Shown here: in pieces, positions 1-9,308 of the stretch | Position numbering within the stretch: position 1 is the stretch's first letter | Layout of the letters: each line of letters begins with the position of its first letter | Assembly: GCA_043803685.1 (NCBI GenBank) | Contig: JAZDJU010000106.1 | Span: forward strand, 1 to 45,171 | Direction: 5' to 3' | Source: Candidatus Omnitrophota bacterium | GTDB lineage: Bacteria; Omnitrophota; Omnitrophia; Omnitrophales; Aquincolibacteriaceae | DNA length: 45,171 nt | Notes under the pieces: generated by a model | Databases searched by the model: none | Seen by the model: the letters and a program-made list of their open reading frames with translations, nothing else | What the model was told of the DNA's origin: nothing | Program-made: the position numbers and the translations under genes

Positions 1-1
1 G

Positions 2-379
2 CAGATCCGGCTTCTCTCGAATCTTGAGACGAAGTACGGGAAGCTCCTTCAGATCGTGCTCGTGGGACAGCCGGAGCTTAAAATGAGCCTTCAGCGTTTT
101 GACCTCCGGCAGATCTATCAGCGGATCGTGATTAAGTATGAGTTGCGTGCGCTGGAGTTCGCGGATGTGAAGGCTTATGTGGATTTCCGGCTTGAGCATT
201 CGGGGATTTCAGGGGTTTCTATTCCCGCTGAGGGATACCGTATGATCCATGAATTCTCGAAAGGCATTCCGCGTCTTGTGAACCTGCTTTGTGACCGTGC
301 GCTCCTCCTCGGGTTTGTTCGAAAGGAAAAAGTGCTGGATCCCGGGATCTTCATCGCGGCGATGGAAGAGATCCGATGA
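2..379 (+). CDS. ExeA/GspA-family AAA+ ATPase, C-terminal part (5' truncated by window)
   Basis: Frame open from base 2: QIRLLSNLETKYGKLLQIVLVGQPEL...QRI...SKGIPRLVNLLCDRALL, typical ExeA motifs. Confidence 0.9.
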   Translation, partial: QIRLLSNLETKYGKLLQIVLVGQPELKMSLQRFDLRQIYQRIVIKYELRALEFADVKAYVDFRLEHSGISGVSIPAEGYRMIHEFSKGIPRLVNLLCDRALLLGFVRKEKVLDPGIFIAAMEEIR

Positions 380-825
380 GTATTGTTTATGATTATTTAA
401 AAAAGATCCGTGACCAAAAAGAAACGAAAAAGGTTGCGCCTGAAGTTTCCTCTGGAGGTCATAAGAGTTCTTCGCCATTTCCCTGGGGGAAGCTGGCCGT
501 GGGCATTCTGGCCTGTCTGCTGATGGGCGCGGGGTTCTATTTTTTCCTTCCGAAGATGAAGAACATTCTTCAGGAGATTAGAACAAATACGGCCTCGCCC
601 CAGCCAGCCTCTGTGAAATCGCGATCGATCCAGACGGCCGTTCCGGATTTCAATTTTCTTCTCGAGGGGATCATTTATAATCCCTCCAAGCCTTTTGCCA
701 TTATCGACGGAAAGATGTATGAGACTGGCGGCCGGTTCGGCGATTATGAGGTGACGCAGATCACTCCGGATACGGTGATTCTCAAGAACCTGAAAGACAA
801 CACTTCCCACACGGCGCACCTGTAA
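376..825 (+). CDS. GspB/ExeB-like type II secretion accessory membrane protein
   Basis: MSIVYDYLKK N-terminus, one TM helix, C-terminal LEGIIYNPSKPFAIIDGKMY domain; ATGA overlap with the exeA-like gene. Confidence 0.75.
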   Translation: MSIVYDYLKKIRDQKETKKVAPEVSSGGHKSSSPFPWGKLAVGILACLLMGAGFYFFLPKMKNILQEIRTNTASPQPASVKSRSIQTAVPDFNFLLEGIIYNPSKPFAIIDGKMYETGGRFGDYEVTQITPDTVILKNLKDNTSHTAHL

Positions 826-931
826 TTTCTGGTTTTCTCTCCCCAAGTATAGCGTGATACAATCCATCATAAGCTTGTGATTTGTCCGTTTTCCTCAGTC
901 TAGTCGATTGATAAAATAACGGAGGTGAAAC

Positions 932-1030
932 ATGGCGGTATCGTCCACGGTCCCAATTCTTATCAATTTCAGCGGGGCTGAAATTGGGGCTGTCATGACT
1001 ACGTTGATGGAAAGAAGACAAAAGTCATGA
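932..1030 (+). CDS. Putative 32-aa small ORF MAVSSTVPILINFSGAEIGAVMTTLMERRQKS (not in ORF track)
   Basis: SD GGAGGTG at 921-927, ATG at 932; its TGA overlaps the ATG at 1027. Spans the 44-nt repeated hairpin element. Confidence 0.35.
   Translation: MAVSSTVPILINFSGAEIGAVMTTLMERRQKS
947..990 (+). repeat. 44-nt hairpin element, copy 1
   Basis: ACGGTCCCAATTCTTATCAATTTCAGCGGGGCTGAAATTGGGGC; 41/44 identical to 35397-35440; perfect 10-bp stem 964-973/977-986. Confidence 0.9.
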
Positions 1031-1071
1031 CGGCTCAAACTGTAGCGCATAATTTTCTTGAGGGGAAATTT

Positions 1072-1899
1072 ATGGAAAAGGAAATGTCGGCAGTACAGCA
1101 ATTCTTCAAAACGGCAGTGGAATTTCTTACTAATTACAGCTTTCAGGTCGTCGGCGCGATCCTTGTTCTTATTATCGGGAACTTTATCGCGAATTGGGCT
1201 CTGGGGGTCGTTCTCAAGCTTTGCCAGGCAAAAAAAGTCGATATTACTCTAGCCAAGTTCATCGCGTCTTGCGTGAAGATTTTGATCCTGGCTTTTGCCA
1301 TCATTATCGCTCTCGGGAAATTCGGTATCACCATAACGCCCTTTATCGCCATGATCGGTGCCGGAGCCTTCGGTGTCAGCATGGCTTTGCAGGGCCCACT
1401 GTCCAACTATGGCGCCGGGATCTCGATCATTCTCGGTCATCCGTTCGTGGTGGGGGATACCATTGTGGTGACGGGGCAAAGCGGGGTGGTCCAGGAAGTG
1501 ACGTTGTCCTCGACGATCCTCACTGATGAAGATGGCGTGAAGATCACGATCCCGAACAAGAGCATTGTGGGCGAGATCATCCATAATTCGTTTAAGTACA
1601 AGATCGTGGAGAACATGGTCGGCGTCAGCTACTCAGACGATCCCGAGAAGGCCATTCAGGTGATCCAGAAGACGATCGCGGGTTTCAAAGAGGTTGCCGA
1701 GACGCCTAAGCCGCAGGTCGGTCTTCAGGAATTCGGGGATTCTTCACTTAATATCGGGTGTCGCTACTGGATCCCGACCACGAAATATTTTCAGACCCTT
1801 TGCGCGATCAATCTCGCGATCCATAAGGCGCTCGCAGCCGCTCAGCTCACGATGCCCTATCCGCAGCGCGATATTCACATTGTTTCGGGGAAGATCTAG
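1072..1899 (+). CDS. mscS: Small-conductance mechanosensitive channel MscS
   Basis: Three N-terminal TM helices, GAGAFGVSMALQGPLSNYGAGI pore helix, PFVVGD, IPN and MPYPQRDIH motifs. Start 1072 follows GAGGGG; alternative in-frame ATG at 1027. Confidence 0.93.
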   Translation: MEKEMSAVQQFFKTAVEFLTNYSFQVVGAILVLIIGNFIANWALGVVLKLCQAKKVDITLAKFIASCVKILILAFAIIIALGKFGITITPFIAMIGAGAFGVSMALQGPLSNYGAGISIILGHPFVVGDTIVVTGQSGVVQEVTLSSTILTDEDGVKITIPNKSIVGEIIHNSFKYKIVENMVGVSYSDDPEKAIQVIQKTIAGFKEVAETPKPQVGLQEFGDSSLNIGCRYWIPTTKYFQTLCAINLAIHKALAAAQLTMPYPQRDIHIVSGKI

Positions 1900-1902
1900 G
1901 CT

Positions 1903-1970
1903 GATCCTGACCCCGCTGCTATTTCGCTCCTGGATGGACTTCTCTGCCCATCCGGGAGTGCTTCAGGATC
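1903..1970. terminator. Long stem-loop between convergent mscS and RND genes
   Basis: GATCCTGA 1903-1910 pairs with TCAGGATC 1963-1970; inner CGCTCCTGGATGG 1925-1937 pairs with CCATCCGGGAGTG 1948-1960 (with G-U pairs). Confidence 0.5.
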
Positions 1971-2105
1971 TCTTCGCAGTTTTCTTCGCCTTCCGATTTC
2001 CGCCTTTGTTCAAATGATGTTAAGGTGGTAAAGATTCCGAAGGGCCCTCAAGCTAAAGCCCATGGGGTCTCACACGATCAGGCGAAAGTTTGAAGAAGAA
2101 AGGTC

Positions 2106-5100
2106 TTAGGTAGCTTTCTTGGGAAGACAGTGTGAAAGCTTAACTTTGACGGCACTAAGGATCGCGGAGAAAGATCCCTTTTGCTCCACCTTGTCGCAGA
2201 CGAGATAAAAAGCCGGTACAACGAACAGGGTCAATAGCGTCGAGACCAGCACGCCGCCGATGATCGCAACGCCCATCGGGATGCGGGTTTCCGCCCCGGG
2301 GCCTAGCGCTAGAGCGGGCGGGATGGCGGCCGCGATCGTGGAGAACGTGGTCATAATGATCGGGCGTAACCGGATCGGGCAGGCGGCGAGGATCGCGTCG
2401 TACGTGTTCATGCCACGCGCCCTCATTTGATTGGTGAAATCCACGAGCAGAATAGAATTCTTTTTCACGATCCCCATCAGTAGCAGAAGCGCAATAAAGC
2501 TGAAAATACTGAGCGATTGGTTCGCGATGAGGAGCGCCCAGAAAGCGCCCACAAGACTGAACGGGAGCGCCAGAAGGACGGTAATGGGATGGACCACGTG
2601 ATTGAATTGGGAAGCCAAGATCATGTAGGCCACTACAATGCCGAGGATGAGCGCGATGATGAGGCTTTTCATCGATTCCTTGAAGGTCTGGCTTGTGCCG
2701 CTGAAAACGATACGATAGGGAGTGTGGAGCGTCTCATCGGCGATCTTTTTGGCTTCCTGAATGGCGGTCGCGAGTGATTGGCCGCTGGCCTCGCTGGCGT
2801 AAAGGCTGATGGCCCGCTCGCGGCCCTGACGGGTGATGCTCAGAAGGCTGGGGCGCTCCGTGACCTTGACCACATCCGCCAGCTGCACCATTTCACCGCG
2901 ATTGTTCCATATCCAAAGATCTTGAATGTCCTTGGTATCATTGCGATCCGCGTCATTGGCCTTGACCCTGACATCGTAACGCCTTCCATCCTGCGTGTAT
3001 TTTGCCACGCGTTCGCCGCCGATCATGGCATTCACCGTACGGGCTATCGTCTCGACGCTTGCGGCATGATCGAAGGCCCTGTCACGGTCGGGAGTGATCC
3101 TCACTTCGGTCAGACCGGAGCGGTAGTCGCTGTCGACATCCTGGAAATACGGGCTTTTTTTCATCTTGTTCTGGATCTCTTCCGCATATCCGATCAATTT
3201 GTCCCAATCGGGTCCCCGGATCGAGAACTCGATAGGGTAGCCGCGCGTGGCCGAGAATCCACGCGTGGAGAGATCTTGCATGATCACGTTCACGTTCGGG
3301 ATCTCCTTGATGCCCGTTCGGACCTGATTCATCACGTCCTGTTGGGTCGGTCGCCGTTTCAATTGGGGGTCATAGGGCCGGTCCTTCGGCTCCTTGAGGG
3401 TCACAAAGAGCATTCCCGCGTTGACCTCGCCCTCGATGCCGCCCATGCGTAGGCCGATCACGCAGAAATAGCGTTTGACGCTGGGGTGCTTCATGACAAA
3501 AGCTTCGACCTCTTTGAATTTTTCACTCGTGAAATAGACCGAAGACCCGATAGGCGTTTCTAATCCTGCCATAAAGATGCTCTGGTCTTGTGCCGGGACG
3601 AACTCTTTTCTGAGCAGGGGAGTTACGATCATGTAAGAGACGATACAGAAGGCAAAAGAGATGAGGATCACTTTCCACTTGTGCTGGAGGGTCAGGACGA
3701 GCCCTTTGGCGTAAAGCTGATTGAGTTTGACCATGCCATGTTCGAAGGCTTTGCCGAACCGGGTCTTTCTTTCTCCGATCTCCAGGAGTTGTGAGCAACG
3801 CATTGGAGCAAGTGTCAAGGCCTCAAGGAGCGAGAGAAAGACCGCGGCGGTGATGGTGATGCCGAACTGAAGGAAAAATTTTCCGATGATGCCCTGCATG
3901 TAGACGACGGGCATGAAAATCGCCGCGATCGCCAAAGTGGCCGCAAGCGCCGCGAACGTGATCTCTTTGGAGCCTTTTAAAGCGGCGTCGACCTTGGCTT
4001 CTCCCATCTCGCGATGGCGGACGATATTTTCAAGCACCATGATAGCGTCGTCGACGACGATACCGATGGCGAGCGAGAGTCCGAGTAAAGTGAAGATGTT
4101 CATGGTGAAACCGGCGAACTTCATCACGATGAAAGTGCCGAGGATCGAGGTTGGGATGGCGAGCAGGATGTTCATGTTCGAGCTCCAGGACCCCAAAAAG
4201 ACCCAGCACACGACGGCGGTGAGAAGAGCGGAGAGGATGAGTGTCAGGAAAAGCTCATGGACACTATCATTGATAAATTTGCTCGAGTCGAAATTGACCC
4301 CGATCGTAAAGTCAGACGGAAGCTCGCGCTGGACCTCCGCCAGTCTTTTTTTGACGCCTTCCGCTACGGCGACGGTGTTGGCGCCCCGTTGTTTCCGGAT
4401 ACCGAGACCCACGGCCGGTTCTCCCATGGATCGCGACATTCGCCGGAGGTCCGCGAGACCGTCTTCGATCCTGGCGACTTCGCTGAGTTTGATCGGGCGA
4501 TAAATGGGCTTTCCGTTGCGGTTGTTAATGACGATCTTCTCGAACTCCTCGACGGATCGCGCCTCTCCCATCGCGCGGACCGAGGATTCTTTTTGCTGGG
4601 TTTCCAGTTTTCCGGCCGGGATCTCGACGTGTTCTGTTCGTATCGCGGCGATCACATCCTCGACCGTCAGCTGATAGGAGAGAAGTTTTTTCGTATCCAC
4701 CCACACGCGGAGATTCCGTTCGAGGAATCCGCCAAGAAAAACGTCACCGACTCCGGGGACGGTTTTGAAACGGTCTTTTACGTTCCGGTCAACATAGTCC
4801 ATGAGCTCTTTTAAGGGGAGGCGTGATGTTACTGCCAGAAACATGATCGGCTGGTCTTCGGGATTGAATTTCTGGATGATCGGGGGATCGACGTCTGTCG
4901 GGAGGCGGCGGCGCGCTTCGGAGATCTTGCTCTGGACTTCCTGTAGCGCGATGTCAATATCGCGGTCGAGGTCGAATTCGAGTTTGATGCTGGCTTTTCC
5001 TTCGGAGGAGGAAGAGGAAACGTCGCGAAGGCCTTGGATCCCCATGACGGAATCCTCGATAATGTCGACCACGTCGCTTTCCATGACCTCGGGCGCGGCG

Positions 5101-5258
5101 CCTTCCCAGTTCACACTCACGTTGAGAACAGGGAAGTCCACGTCAGGCATCATGCCGACACCCATGCCGTGGCAACCAATGACCCCGAAGATCATGAGCC
5201 CGAGCATGAGCATCCATGCGAAAACAGGATTCTTGATCGATATCTCAGAAAGATTCAT
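2106..5258 (-). CDS. RND efflux transporter permease (AcrB/AcrD/AcrF family)
   Basis: 1050 aa; GIVVDDAIMVLENI, KKNSILLVDF and RLRPIIMTT proton-relay motifs intact. Confidence 0.95.
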   Translation of the reverse strand: MNLSEISIKNPVFAWMLMLGLMIFGVIGCHGMGVGMMPDVDFPVLNVSVNWEGAAPEVMESDVVDIIEDSVMGIQGLRDVSSSSSEGKASIKLEFDLDRDIDIALQEVQSKISEARRRLPTDVDPPIIQKFNPEDQPIMFLAVTSRLPLKELMDYVDRNVKDRFKTVPGVGDVFLGGFLERNLRVWVDTKKLLSYQLTVEDVIAAIRTEHVEIPAGKLETQQKESSVRAMGEARSVEEFEKIVINNRNGKPIYRPIKLSEVARIEDGLADLRRMSRSMGEPAVGLGIRKQRGANTVAVAEGVKKRLAEVQRELPSDFTIGVNFDSSKFINDSVHELFLTLILSALLTAVVCWVFLGSWSSNMNILLAIPTSILGTFIVMKFAGFTMNIFTLLGLSLAIGIVVDDAIMVLENIVRHREMGEAKVDAALKGSKEITFAALAATLAIAAIFMPVVYMQGIIGKFFLQFGITITAAVFLSLLEALTLAPMRCSQLLEIGERKTRFGKAFEHGMVKLNQLYAKGLVLTLQHKWKVILISFAFCIVSYMIVTPLLRKEFVPAQDQSIFMAGLETPIGSSVYFTSEKFKEVEAFVMKHPSVKRYFCVIGLRMGGIEGEVNAGMLFVTLKEPKDRPYDPQLKRRPTQQDVMNQVRTGIKEIPNVNVIMQDLSTRGFSATRGYPIEFSIRGPDWDKLIGYAEEIQNKMKKSPYFQDVDSDYRSGLTEVRITPDRDRAFDHAASVETIARTVNAMIGGERVAKYTQDGRRYDVRVKANDADRNDTKDIQDLWIWNNRGEMVQLADVVKVTERPSLLSITRQGRERAISLYASEASGQSLATAIQEAKKIADETLHTPYRIVFSGTSQTFKESMKSLIIALILGIVVAYMILASQFNHVVHPITVLLALPFSLVGAFWALLIANQSLSIFSFIALLLLMGIVKKNSILLVDFTNQMRARGMNTYDAILAACPIRLRPIIMTTFSTIAAAIPPALALGPGAETRIPMGVAIIGGVLVSTLLTLFVVPAFYLVCDKVEQKGSFSAILSAVKVKLSHCLPKKAT

Positions 5259-6556
5259 GAGACTTCTCCTGTCGCGACACGGAAAGCCGCCTCATCCTGT
5301 TTCATGACATAGTAGGTCAGGTTCTGGCGTTGCCGGGTATTGTGAAGGGATTCCAACGCGGCGAGAACATCGAGGTTGCTCACAAGGCTTCGGGTATATT
5401 CCTCCGACTGGATCTCATAATTTTTTTCAGCATTCTGGACCGCTTCCTTTAAAAGCCCGTTCGTTTCTTTAGCGGAAAGCCAGATCTGGTAGCTTTGTTT
5501 GATGTCGAGTTCCGCCTGGCGCCTTGCGAGAGAAAACGAAAGTTTTTTCTGCTTGAGGACACTGACCGAATCCTTGACCTGTCCGACCGTTTCGCCGCCA
5601 GAAAAAAGAGGTACGTCAAACTTGAAAAGCGTGTCCCAATCCAGGTTCGACAATGTGCCTTCGCGGCGCATGTACTGATTGTGATCGAACGTGATTGTGG
5701 GCCAGAAGCCGCTTTGAGCTACCAGGATGCCGCGCCAAGCCGTTTTGACCGCTTGCTCAGCGGCCTTTACGTCGGATCGTCCCGCAGCCATTTTGAGATG
5801 CTCGGCCAGAGTTTGCGAAGATACTTCCTCGGAAGTTTCCTCTTCAAGTTTGCGCTCGCCAAGTTCGGTGCCCGTCAGGAATTCCAGGAGATAACGGACG
5901 GTCACGAGGGCGCCCTGGGCACTGGCTAGGTCCGCTTCGAGGATCTTGAGGTTGGTCTTGGCTGTGAGAACTTCACTTGTGCGTGAGCGGCCGATCTTTT
6001 CGCGTTCTTCCAATTCTTTGATGCGCTTCCCGAGTAATTCTCGGATGCCTTGGTTGATCTCGATCTCGTGTTCATACCGAAGGACATTGTAAAAAGCGCG
6101 AGCGACATCGGTATAAAGAAGTTCTTTAGCGCGCATCCAGGCTTCCGTTTGTTCCCGCCGATAACTTCCGGCTCCCGTCAGAGCTCCGATCGCTTTGAAG
6201 CCTTGGAAGAGCGGCTGGCTGACCGTGAATTTGCTTTCATGGATGTTCGGATCTCCAAGGGAGTCCCCGGTCAGGTTGCTTTTTTGATGGTCTTGAAGCG
6301 AGCGGTTCACGATAAAGTCGACGTTGCCGAGCCCCTGGCTTGCCGCGTTAAAGACCTGTGCGGTAGCGCGGGAGATAGCTTCTTTTTGGATGGCGACGGT
6401 TTCGCTTTGAATGAGTGCGAGCCGGTAACATTCCTCAAGGGACAGGGTAGAAGCCTCAAAAGTCATGGCCGGAGAAATTTTCTCCTTCGCATGGACAAAG
6501 GGCAAGCTCATGACCAATAGGGGAAGGCAAAAGATCAGAATATTTTTAGTTTTCAT
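5255..6556 (-). CDS. TolC-family outer membrane efflux protein
   Basis: Signal peptide, LSLEECYRLAL, SQPLFQG and DVPLFSGG repeats; overlaps the RND gene start. Confidence 0.9.
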   Translation of the reverse strand: MKTKNILIFCLPLLVMSLPFVHAKEKISPAMTFEASTLSLEECYRLALIQSETVAIQKEAISRATAQVFNAASQGLGNVDFIVNRSLQDHQKSNLTGDSLGDPNIHESKFTVSQPLFQGFKAIGALTGAGSYRREQTEAWMRAKELLYTDVARAFYNVLRYEHEIEINQGIRELLGKRIKELEEREKIGRSRTSEVLTAKTNLKILEADLASAQGALVTVRYLLEFLTGTELGERKLEEETSEEVSSQTLAEHLKMAAGRSDVKAAEQAVKTAWRGILVAQSGFWPTITFDHNQYMRREGTLSNLDWDTLFKFDVPLFSGGETVGQVKDSVSVLKQKKLSFSLARRQAELDIKQSYQIWLSAKETNGLLKEAVQNAEKNYEIQSEEYTRSLVSNLDVLAALESLHNTRQRQNLTYYVMKQDEAAFRVATGEVS

Positions 6557-6995
6557 TGGTAGACCGGGATAAAAAATCGTCCATGATTTTCGAAACAGTT
6601 GCGAAGAAGCGGCCGAGGGTCTCGTGGTCGGCCGCGCTAAAGCGGTCGTAGGCTTTCAGGAGAGGCTCGAGGCTTTGCTTCTGGATGTCGGTGACGATCT
6701 TTTTTGCTTTCGGGAGGATCTCAAGAAGGATGACTCGCCGGTCTTCTGCGTGGGGGACGCGCCGAAGAAGCTTTTTTTCTTCCAGCCGATCCACGAGGTT
6801 CGTGACGGCGGGCTTGGTGATCTCAAGGCGGTCGCTGATCTCAGTCATAGAGACGGTCCCAAGTAACATGAGTTGCTCGAGAAGCGTGTACTGTGGCAGT
6901 GTCAGATCGACCCGGCCCAACATCTGGGCGTGCATGCGGGAGAACATTGGGTGAAGCTCTCTGAAATTTGCTACGAATTCTTCGCGGCGATTCAT
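6546..6995 (-). CDS. MarR-family transcriptional regulator
   Basis: LTLPQYTLL...ITKPAVTNLVDRLEEKKLLRRVPHAEDRR winged HTH. ATG at 6995 chosen over TTG at 7001. Confidence 0.93.
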   Translation of the reverse strand: MNRREEFVANFRELHPMFSRMHAQMLGRVDLTLPQYTLLEQLMLLGTVSMTEISDRLEITKPAVTNLVDRLEEKKLLRRVPHAEDRRVILLEILPKAKKIVTDIQKQSLEPLLKAYDRFSAADHETLGRFFATVSKIMDDFLSRSTNEN

Positions 6996-7026
6996 GGTCA
7001 AGCCTATTGGGATGATTTTTTTAATT

Positions 7027-7049
7027 AATAGTTAACTATATTAACTATT
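7027..7049. promoter_or_regulatory. Putative MarR operator palindrome
   Basis: AATAGTTAA-CTATA-TTAACTATT, a perfect 9-bp inverted repeat about 30 bp upstream of marR in an AT-rich promoter region. Confidence 0.7.
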
Positions 7050-7110
7050 TGAGTTTCAAAGTATATGGGGGTCTGATCCAAAAAGCAAGGGGATTATGGA
7101 AAATATTTCT

Positions 7111-7743
7111 TTAGCGGAATAGACGAGCTTCCAAAATGCCGTTCAGTATGAACTGAACAGCGATTGCTGCGAGGATCAGGCCCATGAGGCGCCCCATGAT
7201 CTTGAGGGCGATCACACTGAGAATTTTGGAGCGGACGGCTACGGTCCAGAGGATCAGGAGCGTGAGCGCCGAAACGATGAAGATCGTGCCTGCCAGGATC
7301 ATGTGATGCGCGAATAGTTCGGCCTTATTCGTCAAAAGAATGACCGCCGTGATGGCGCCCGGACCCGCGAGCATGGGGATTCCCATGGGAGTGATGGCGA
7401 CATCATGCTTGTCGATGCCTGCTGCTTTTTCTTCCTGGGTTTCTTTTACGGCCGTACGTCGGGCTTGCAACATATCCAGGGCTACCAGGAGCAGGACGAT
7501 ACCTCCTGCGATCTCAAAGGCCGGAAGTGTGATCCCGAAAGCTGTAAGAAGCCGCTGACCGAAGAAGAAACTCAGGATCAGGATGCCGAACGTGATCACG
7601 GACGCCAACTGCGCCATGCGGACGCGCTCCGGGACGGTGTTCTTTTCCGTCATTGCAAGGAAGGAAGGGATGAGTCCCACCGGATCGACGATCACAAAAA
7701 GGGACGTGAACGAAAGTACTGCGAAATCAAGAGAGTCCATCAT
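7111..7743 (-). CDS. marC: MarC-family integral membrane protein
   Basis: LFVIVDPVG, AGGIVLL, PMGIPMLAGPGAI and RLMGLILAAIAVQFI signature motifs. Confidence 0.92.
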   Translation of the reverse strand: MMDSLDFAVLSFTSLFVIVDPVGLIPSFLAMTEKNTVPERVRMAQLASVITFGILILSFFFGQRLLTAFGITLPAFEIAGGIVLLLVALDMLQARRTAVKETQEEKAAGIDKHDVAITPMGIPMLAGPGAITAVILLTNKAELFAHHMILAGTIFIVSALTLLILWTVAVRSKILSVIALKIMGRLMGLILAAIAVQFILNGILEARLFR

Positions 7744-7850
7744 GGCCTTAGAGCATCGGCAAAGGGATTGCGTGTCTTAACCTGGTGAGAGGTCTGTGAA
7801 AGATGTCCCTCAGAACTTGGAGGGTGGGGCCGCTTGTGGCATAATGAGCC

Positions 7851-9308
7851 ATGAACATTTTCCGGAAGATCCTTTTTTATCTTTTTTTTGCGATATATCT
7901 CGTCTTGTGTCCCATCATTATTCTTTACGCGTTCGGTTATATCTTTACACCGAAGCTTGAAGAGGGACTGACCAAGACAGGGCTGATCCACATCGAGACC
8001 CTTCCATCGAATGCATTGATCTCGATCGGGAGCAGGCACTATGCCGAAAGAACGCCCGCGACAGTCCGGAACCTCCTTCCGGGACAATATGATATTAAAA
8101 TCCTTTTACGCGATCATAGGCCTTGGGTTCAAAAAGTAAAAGTATCGCCAGGCAAGGCTGTCAGCCTTGAAAAGATCCTATTGATCCCTAAAAATATCAA
8201 AATCCGGTCCTTGACTAAGGGTTCTTTTGACGATCTCTGGCCAGTTCCGGGGACGCGTTATCTGCTTCTTAAGGCCGGAAAACGCGCAGGAGACTTGAAA
8301 GTTTTCGATTGGAAGAGCGAAACGCTCCGTCCTGTTATTGCGGAGGCGTCGTCTTGGTCGGATGCAAAACTCTTGGGGATCTTTTCGGTCAAAGAAAGTC
8401 CCTTCGTGGTCCTTCAGGTCGAGGTGTCCGGGAGTGTAAAATTCCTGGGGTGCCAACTTGATAGGGAGAAGTCCATCCCGAAGGATCTTTCCGTCCTCTT
8501 CCCGAAAGGTGACGGACAGGAGGTTTTGTGGGAAGGGGCTCGTCCTGACTATCTTTTCACGTTGCAGGATCAAGATCTTTCGAGGTTAGATCTTGAAAAG
8601 ATGACAGCGCTTCCGGATTTTCTTTCGGGGATCCGGGGTTTTGGTCTTTTTCGGAATAAAATTTATGCTCTACAGGGAGATTCGGTTGTTCGGCTAGGGG
8701 CGGGTGCCAGGAAAGGGGAGGAAGTTCTCGTCGAAAAAGGTATTTTTCTAGAGAACCTTTTTGGGAATGCGGGAAGGTATAAGATCGATTTTATTTCGAA
8801 CAGTACGATCTGTTTTTACGGGGACAGGGGACAACTTTTCTCCAACGTGCTCCCGTATCATTTCGTGAATGAGGGGGTGCGCGGCTATCAGGCGGACGTT
8901 GATGGCCGGAAGATCCTGCTGTGGCAGGCGCAACGGGTCGGAGTCCTGGATTTTGAAAAACCTGAGCGGAAAAAAGAATTTTTTGAGCGCGGACCCGAGA
9001 TCGAATGGGTCGTGGAGAGCGGTCGGGATATTCGCCAGGCTTATTTCGTTCACGATGCGGCTTATATCCTTTTTTGTGACCGGAATAAGGTCTTTCTCTC
9101 GCGGGTGGGAGCTTACGGGATGACTCCCGAAGAGGTCGCCACGGTGCGGGAGCGAAGTGGCGTTGTTTATGCTGAAAAAACAGGGAAGCTCTATTATCTG
9201 GAGCCCTCTAAGGGAGGTTTCGTGAGCGCGGACATTCTCCCGGAAGGGATCTCCTTTTCCGGTGTGATCAACGAGCTTGAAAAGGAAACCCAGGGAGCGC
9301 TGAAATGA
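7851..9308 (+). CDS. Membrane-anchored PEGA-domain protein with probable beta-propeller C-terminus
   Basis: N-terminal TM, TGLIHIETLPSNALISIG...TPATVRNLLPGQYDIKI PEGA domain, beta-rich remainder. Confidence 0.75.
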   Translation: MNIFRKILFYLFFAIYLVLCPIIILYAFGYIFTPKLEEGLTKTGLIHIETLPSNALISIGSRHYAERTPATVRNLLPGQYDIKILLRDHRPWVQKVKVSPGKAVSLEKILLIPKNIKIRSLTKGSFDDLWPVPGTRYLLLKAGKRAGDLKVFDWKSETLRPVIAEASSWSDAKLLGIFSVKESPFVVLQVEVSGSVKFLGCQLDREKSIPKDLSVLFPKGDGQEVLWEGARPDYLFTLQDQDLSRLDLEKMTALPDFLSGIRGFGLFRNKIYALQGDSVVRLGAGARKGEEVLVEKGIFLENLFGNAGRYKIDFISNSTICFYGDRGQLFSNVLPYHFVNEGVRGYQADVDGRKILLWQAQRVGVLDFEKPERKKEFFERGPEIEWVVESGRDIRQAYFVHDAAYILFCDRNKVFLSRVGAYGMTPEEVATVRERSGVVYAEKTGKLYYLEPSKGGFVSADILPEGISFSGVINELEKETQGALK

